A stretch of DNA of 54,075 nt, the filler included, from Sluysia triapertura (taxonomy: Eukaryota): NCBI GenBank assembly GCA_046118255.1. It is 4 parts of 4 records of this genome, joined end to end, with 100 filler letters (N's around TTAATTAATTAA, not from the genome) between each part and the next. Parts side by side here need not be neighbours in the genome. Positions count along the whole stretch, not along the records: positions 43,211 to 54,075 come from JBJNIA010192406.1; 3 more parts are not named here. The stretch is one strand, 5' to 3'. A program made the translations under genes and the position numbers. Of this stretch, positions 54,071 to 54,075 are shown piece by piece; position 1 is the first letter of the stretch; every line of letters starts with the position of its first letter. The notes beneath the pieces are model-generated. The model made no database searches and was not told where the DNA came from. It saw only the letters and a list, made by a program, of their open reading frames with translations.

Positions 54071-54075
54071 TATTA

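Overview
Extremely AT-rich eukaryotic genomic DNA from a ciliated metazoan (Shaker Kv1 channel, IFT172, WDR78/DNAI4, GT-AG introns of about 1-7.6 kb, (AAT)n microsatellites); the species cannot be fixed from the sequence. The window is not one locus. Three artificial 100-nt linkers (44N-TTAATTAATTAA-44N) join four segments (1-12867, 12968-30180, 30281-43110, 43211-54075), and there is one plain N gap. Recognisable genes are an intron-free Kv1/Shaker core, four exons of an OSBPL9-like lipid-transfer gene and two exons of IFT172. There is also a decayed WDR78::SLC38A10 chimeric block, several stop- or frameshift-interrupted ORFs, transposase and LINE relics, and many MITEs (piggyBac-, Tc1/mariner- and hAT/Buster-type, including a 72-bp one). 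The most unusual element is a tRNA gene at 6743-6814. It keeps alanine identity (G3:U70, A73) and intact Pol III boxes, but its anticodon arm is remodelled (GAG anticodon or expanded loop) and it is bracketed by a perfect 10-bp inverted repeat. All homology calls are from motif recognition, not database searches.
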